Positions 58,801 to 64,000 of a DNA stretch of 64,000 bases are shown here, one piece after another. Where the stretch lies: the NCBI GenBank assembly GCA_963718805.1, contig CAVQZY010000001.1, positions 379,672 to 443,671 on the forward strand, read 5' to 3'. The number at the start of each line of letters is the position of its first letter. The first letter of the stretch is position 1. The stretch comes from an uncultured Actinomycetota bacterium. GTDB taxonomy: Bacteria > Actinomycetota > Actinomycetes > Mycobacteriales > Jatrophihabitantaceae. Both the position numbers and the translations under genes were made by a program. The notes under the pieces are model-generated. The model was not told the DNA's origin and did no database searches. It saw only the letters and a program-made list of their open reading frames with translations.

Positions 58801-61800
58801 CACAGAACGAGTACCCGACCAGCCGGGTCACCGTGACGGCCAGCAACACCACGCCGTCCAAGATCGACGAACTGTCCATCACCGACCCGGACACGAGCGA
58901 TGAGGGCGCCGGGTCGTGCACCACGAATCCGTTCGGCACCTTCAACCTCGCCGGGTTCACCACGATCACCCCACCCGGCGACATCGGCGCCAGCGATGTC
59001 ACGGTCCACCTCACCCCGGGACCGGACGGCAAGACCGACTACACCCGGGACGAGGCGCTGGCGCTGACCGAGGAGCAGCTGACTGACGTCACCGGCATGA
59101 CGGTCACCTACACCGGCCGCATCAACGCCGCGACCGACACGTCCAAGCCGACCGCCGCGGTACCTTCGACGTCCGGCTGCGGACCGACGAACCGGACGAC
59201 CGGCGCCGCGCCGGAGCCGGGCACGGTGTGCAACCAGGCCGAGGTCGAGGCTTCGGACATGGTCGACTTCCCCGACTACACCGAAAACACCGACGCCTAC
59301 CGCCAGGCCGACATCGACCTCGTCGCCCAGGGCATCGACGTCATCGCCGGCAAGTCCTTCGACCCGGCCGAGCATCACCGAGCCGTCCCACGGCCCGGTG
59401 ACGGTCACGCTCAGCGGCCAGCCGTCCGGCCCGTCGCGGACGGTGCAGATGGTGCTCGGTGACACGTCGCCCACCTTCTTCAACCAGTACGACTTCGTCT
59501 CGTTCGAGCCGATCACCTGGGTCGACCCGGTCGAACCAGGTCAAGGTCGACGTCTACGTCGGCGGCACCTGGTCGGTCAACGGCAGCGGCGACCCGGTGC
59601 TCACCGGCGGACAATGGGAGACCGGGCCGACGATCACCGCGCCGGCCACCGCGTTGTCCCTGCCCGACGGCGTCACCGCCGATCAGGTCCAGGGCGTGCG
59701 ATTCACCTTCACCAAGTCCGACGGTTCCAACTGGGAGAACCCGGCGAACCCGACGCAGACCGCCGGCTTCGACGTGAGCCGCCGCGACACCCTGCACACC
59801 GGGGGCCCGGTGTCCTCCGATCTGGCCGGCAGCACCCCGGCGCCCGGCGAGACGATCGCGGGCGACGCCACCAACACCACCACCGCCACCGTCACCAGCT
59901 CGGACGTGGACGCCGCCGGCAACCCGCTGACCGCCTCCGACGACGCCGACGCCACGATCCGCTACCACCACGCGAACAACGCGGTGCAGATCCGCAAGGC
60001 CCCGGACGGCGACACCGAGGCGCCAGGCGTGGCGTTCACGTACACGGTGACGGTGAAGAACACCGGCGGTGTCGACATCAGCGACCCGGTGATCACCGAC
60101 GTCTTTCCCAGCGACGCGCAGGGACCGCAGATCGACCTCGCCGACGACCCCGGCTACGCGTTCGCCATCGCCGGCGGCACCGGGATGCCCACGGATCCGA
60201 CTCAGGTGACCATCACGGAGACGACCGACGCCGACGGGCACACCTCGGGTCTCGTGTTCAGCTTCCCGGACGGCAGCACCCTGCCCGTCGGTGCCACCTA
60301 CACGATCACCTTCTCCGTCGTCACGCGTCCCGGCCTGCCTGCCGGCACCGCGTTCACCAACACCGTCGGGGTGAGCGGCGATCGGCCGTGGGACGCGTGC
60401 GACAACGGCGGGTCCGACACCGTCGAGGCCGACGGGCAGTGCCGGACCACCGCGACCGACACCGTCACGTCGGCGGGCGCGATCGCGGTGTCACAAGCAG
60501 GTCAAGGCAGAGGGTTCCGACGATCTCGGCGTCGTCGACCGATCCGCTGTACGTGACCAAGCCCGCGGCCAACTGCAGCACCCCGAACGCGGCCGGCTAC
60601 TACGTGCGGCCCTGCATCCCGATCGCGCAACCGGGCGGCGAGGTCACCTGGCGCTGGCACTTCGTCAACACCGGCAACCTGCCCATCGACCGCATCCTGG
60701 GCATCGACCGGCTGCCGGCCCCGGGTGACACCGTCGCCACCGCGCCGGATCTGAAGAGGTTGAGCGATTGGCAGCCGATCCTGACCGGTGACCGACCGGA
60801 CCTGGCCAACGCCCAGGCCGGCACGTACCGCGTCTACTACACGAGGGCCATGTCCGGATGGTGCGACGGACCCAAGGCCCAGGACGACCAGTTGCTGTGC
60901 CCCGGCCTGGACTGGCAGGAGTGGCCCGAAGGCGACACGCTCGCGGAACTCGGCGTCAATCCTGCGGAGGTGACCGGGCTGCAGACCGAGTTCCTGCCCG
61001 ACGAACCACTCGCCCCGGCCGCCACCTTCGACGTCGACGTGGCCATGACCGCGCCGGCGTACTCACCGGCCGACACGCCCAACACGGACAGCATGGCCGC
61101 GAGCGACACCTACGCGTTCAACACCGTCGGTGTCGCCGGGCGATACGTCGCGAACGACGAGCCGAGCTACACGCTGACCACCGAACCCCCGCGGGTCGGC
61201 GTCGGGCTGGCGCACGGTGCGCTTCAGGTCGAGAAGCGTGGTCACCGGCGGCGGCGCTGCCAAGTACGCGCCGGACTTCTTCGCCGTGCACCTGGCTGTG
61301 TATCCGCCGGGCAAGAACGTGCCACTGGGCGACGTCGCCGACCTGACGCTGGAGGCGAACAAGCCGGTCACGATCTACGACCTGCCCTACCACGCCGAGT
61401 GCACACTCAGCGAGGGCGACAACGGGCAGACCAGTCGTCGAAAACGGCCTCCGCGATCGTGCAGCGCGACATCACCGACGTCAAGACCGCGGTGCTGACC
61501 AACGAGTACAAGTTCTCCCAACTCACGGTCGACAAGATCGTGGATTCGAGCGCGGTCGACCAGGACGGCGCGCCGATCCCCTACGGCCCGTTCGTGGTCC
61601 GGGTGGACTGCACGTTCCTCGGCGCAGTCGGTGTACGGCGCCGGATACGGCCCGCTCAGCCCGATGGTCGTGGTGCTGGACAACGGTCAGTCGGCGACCT
61701 TTACCGAGTTGCCCGCCGGCGCGGCCTGCACGATCACCGAGACCGACGACAAGGGTGCCGCGCGTACCACCATCACGACCACCGTGGGCGACGACACCGG

Positions 61801-63293
61801 GTACCACGGACGCCGACATGGATCTCGATCCCGGCGGCGAGAACTCGGCGACGATCACCAACACGTTCACCGACGGCAGCGTGCACCTGCTCAAGAAGGT
61901 CACCGGCGACGTCGCGGACACCTACGGTGCCGGGCCGTTCACGTTGCACATGACCTGCGTGCTCGACGACGCGACCGGCACCCGCACCGTGTGGGACGGT
62001 GACATCGTGCTCGGCGGCGATCAACCGCTCGAGGCGAGCGTCGACCAGCTTGCCACCGGCGCGCAGTGCACGGTCAAGGAGACCGAAGACGGCGGCGCGA
62101 CGACGACCACGATCGACCCGAGTGATCCGATCACCGTGGGCGACGATGAGGTCGTCACGGTCACCGCCACCAACAACTTCGACCCCGGCAAGATCCTGCT
62201 CACCAAGGACGTCACCGGCCCGGCCGACAAGTACGCGCCGACCAGCTTCGAGGTCGAGGTCACTTGCGGCGTCGACGGTACGGTACTGCCGGGCTTCCCG
62301 ACGACCGTCACGGTGACCGCCGGCAAGACGACCGAGGTCGACACCCTCGCCGGGTCCACCTGCACCGCCACCGAGACCGACACGGGCGCGGCCACCGTGG
62401 TCACCTACGACCCGCCGGGCGACAACCCGGCCAGCTCCGGCGCGGTCGACGTCGATCCCGACACCGGTGGCCAGATCACGATCACCAACGACTACCACGC
62501 CGGCGGCCTGCAGATCGTCAAGGAACTCGACGGTCCGGGTGCCGCAATCGGCAAGGGGCCGTTCGTGTTCGACGTGTCCTGCGACTTCGACGGCAAGACG
62601 GGCGTGTTCACCGACACGGTCACGCTCAAGCGCTCCGGTGGGTCGGACACGCTCAAGTCCGACCCGATCACCGGGCTCCCGGTCGGAGCCGTCTGCACCG
62701 TGACCGAGACCGACAACGGCGGCGCCGACTCCACCCCGCCGCCGGTCACCGTCTCGATCCCCGACGTCGACGACTCCGGCTTGGCCCAGGTCGTGGTCGC
62801 CGGCTTCGTGAACCCGTTCTCGGCCGCGCGGCTCCAGATCACCAAGAAGGTCGAGGGCACCGGCGCGTCGGCAGCCAGCGGCAAGACGTTCACCGTCGCC
62901 GTCACCTGTGAGGTGCAGACCGGCGACGCCACGCTGACGACACTGTCCACCAGCGTCAGGGTCACGGGCGGTCAGACGGTCACGGTGCCCGGCGGCAACG
63001 GCGAGCCGGCCCTGGTGCCCGCGGGCAGTCACTGCTTCGCCAAGGAGACCGACGACGGCGGTGCGGACAAGTCCTCGGTGGACCACAGCTCCTACGACGA
63101 CGCCGTGGTCGCCAAGAAGGGCGACGAGCTCGCGACCCTCACCATCACCGTCACCAACACCTTCGACGCGCAACCACCTGCGCCGGCCTCCACGGGTGTG
63201 CCGGTGCTGGGGCTGCTGCTGTTCGGTTTCGGCCTGCTGCTCGTCGGCGGCGGCCTCGTACTCGTTACGCGTCGCCGAGGATCGATGGCGTAG
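55823..63293 (+). CDS. Giant (~2,480 aa) cell-wall-anchored surface protein with repeated Ig/DUF11/DUF5979-like domains, broken by frameshifts
   Basis: Signal peptide and Thr/Asp-rich beta repeats continue across ORFs at 55817, 58218, 59459, 59398 and 61755. C-terminus is PASTG + TM + RRR. Confidence 0.8.
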
Positions 63294-63314
63294 GCACGGC
63301 GTCTCCTCGGGCGA

Positions 63315-63341
63315 TGTCACAGCGGGCGAGGCCGTCTCGTC
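63315..63341 (+). promoter_or_regulatory. ECF41-type promoter TGTCACA-N16-CGTC
   Basis: Motif lies upstream of an epimerase gene, a typical ECF41 target class. Confidence 0.65.
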
Positions 63342-63372
63342 TCGGTAGGACAACGATGTCCGATCCGGGAAG

Positions 63373-63748
63373 GTGATGATCGTGCGGGTGTTCGTGGCAG
63401 GCGGAACCGGTGTGCTCGGGGCTGCGGCTGGTGCCGCAGCTGGTGGCCCGGGGTCACGAGGTGACCGCCACGACGACGGCGCCGGGCAAGCTGGGTCGGC
63501 TCGAGCGGTTCGGCGCGACCGCCGTGGTCATGGACGGGCTGGATGCGACCTCCGTCGGCGAGGCCGTGGCCGCGGCCCGGCCGGATGTGGTCGTGCACCA
63601 GATGACCGCGATCTCGCCCGCGCATTCGGGCAAGCCGGATCTCAAGCACCTGGACGCTGATTCGCGACGACCAATCGGCTGCCCACCGAGGGCACGGATC
63701 ATCAGAGCTTCGGCGCCTGGAACGGCATTCGCGAAGGCGGCTGGGTGA
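63373..63748 (+). pseudogene. NAD-dependent epimerase/dehydratase, frameshifted and truncated
   Basis: VFVAGGTGVLG, LVARGHEV and PDVVVHQMT, then the sequence decays. Confidence 0.7.
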
Positions 63749-64000
63749 AGACCGAGGCGGAGCCGCTCGACCCCGAGGACGGCACATTGGCACACGCCGG
63801 GCGGCTGGCGATCGGCCACATCGAGGATGTCGTCGTCGCGAGGGTGGGGCCGCCCGCGAGCGCCGCCGTGCGGGAACTGCCGTTTGCAGATCATCTCGAC
63901 CTGGTCGTCGTCGCGCCCGGCAGTGCGCGGGCGCGAACGCCCGATGCGAATTCCGAAATGGGTGGCGCGCCTGATCGCCGGTGACGTCGCGGTGACGATG

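Noticed and set aside
55823-63293. Phase variation or DGR-type diversification of the surface protein
   Set aside because: No slippage tracts, template/variable repeat pair or reverse transcriptase seen.
1-64000. CRISPR array, tRNA/rRNA, prophage, integrase or intact IS
   Set aside because: No periodic repeat-spacer structure, RNA gene signature or recombinase/transposase motif was recognised by eye.

Overview
High-GC actinobacterial chromosomal segment. It is bracketed by a split SOS mutasome: dnaE2 lies at the left edge and imuA'-imuB about 35 kb away, each with its own LexA box. The interval and right flank hold accessory modules. These include an ECF42 sigma/DGPF pair, a rifamycin phosphotransferase (Rph), a cupin-SnoaL-regulator operon, a Pls/PosA-type membrane NRPS coupled to an M1 aminopeptidase, and a fluoride riboswitch driving two Fluc channels and a triple-DUF190 protein. 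Also present are a LysR-TDT pair, a LacI/PhyH-dioxygenase/SDR/inositol-dehydrogenase-like cluster, two DHA2 MFS pumps, a DUF202x2-DUF2252 unit, an alkyl sulfatase-SulP pair and a ~7.5 kb sortase-type surface protein gene. Many intergenic gaps contain short remnants of recognisable genes. The 50-62 kb region carries many single-base indels that look like consensus errors. No rRNA, tRNA, CRISPR array, integrase or intact transposase was seen. All calls come from reading motifs by eye; no searches were run.
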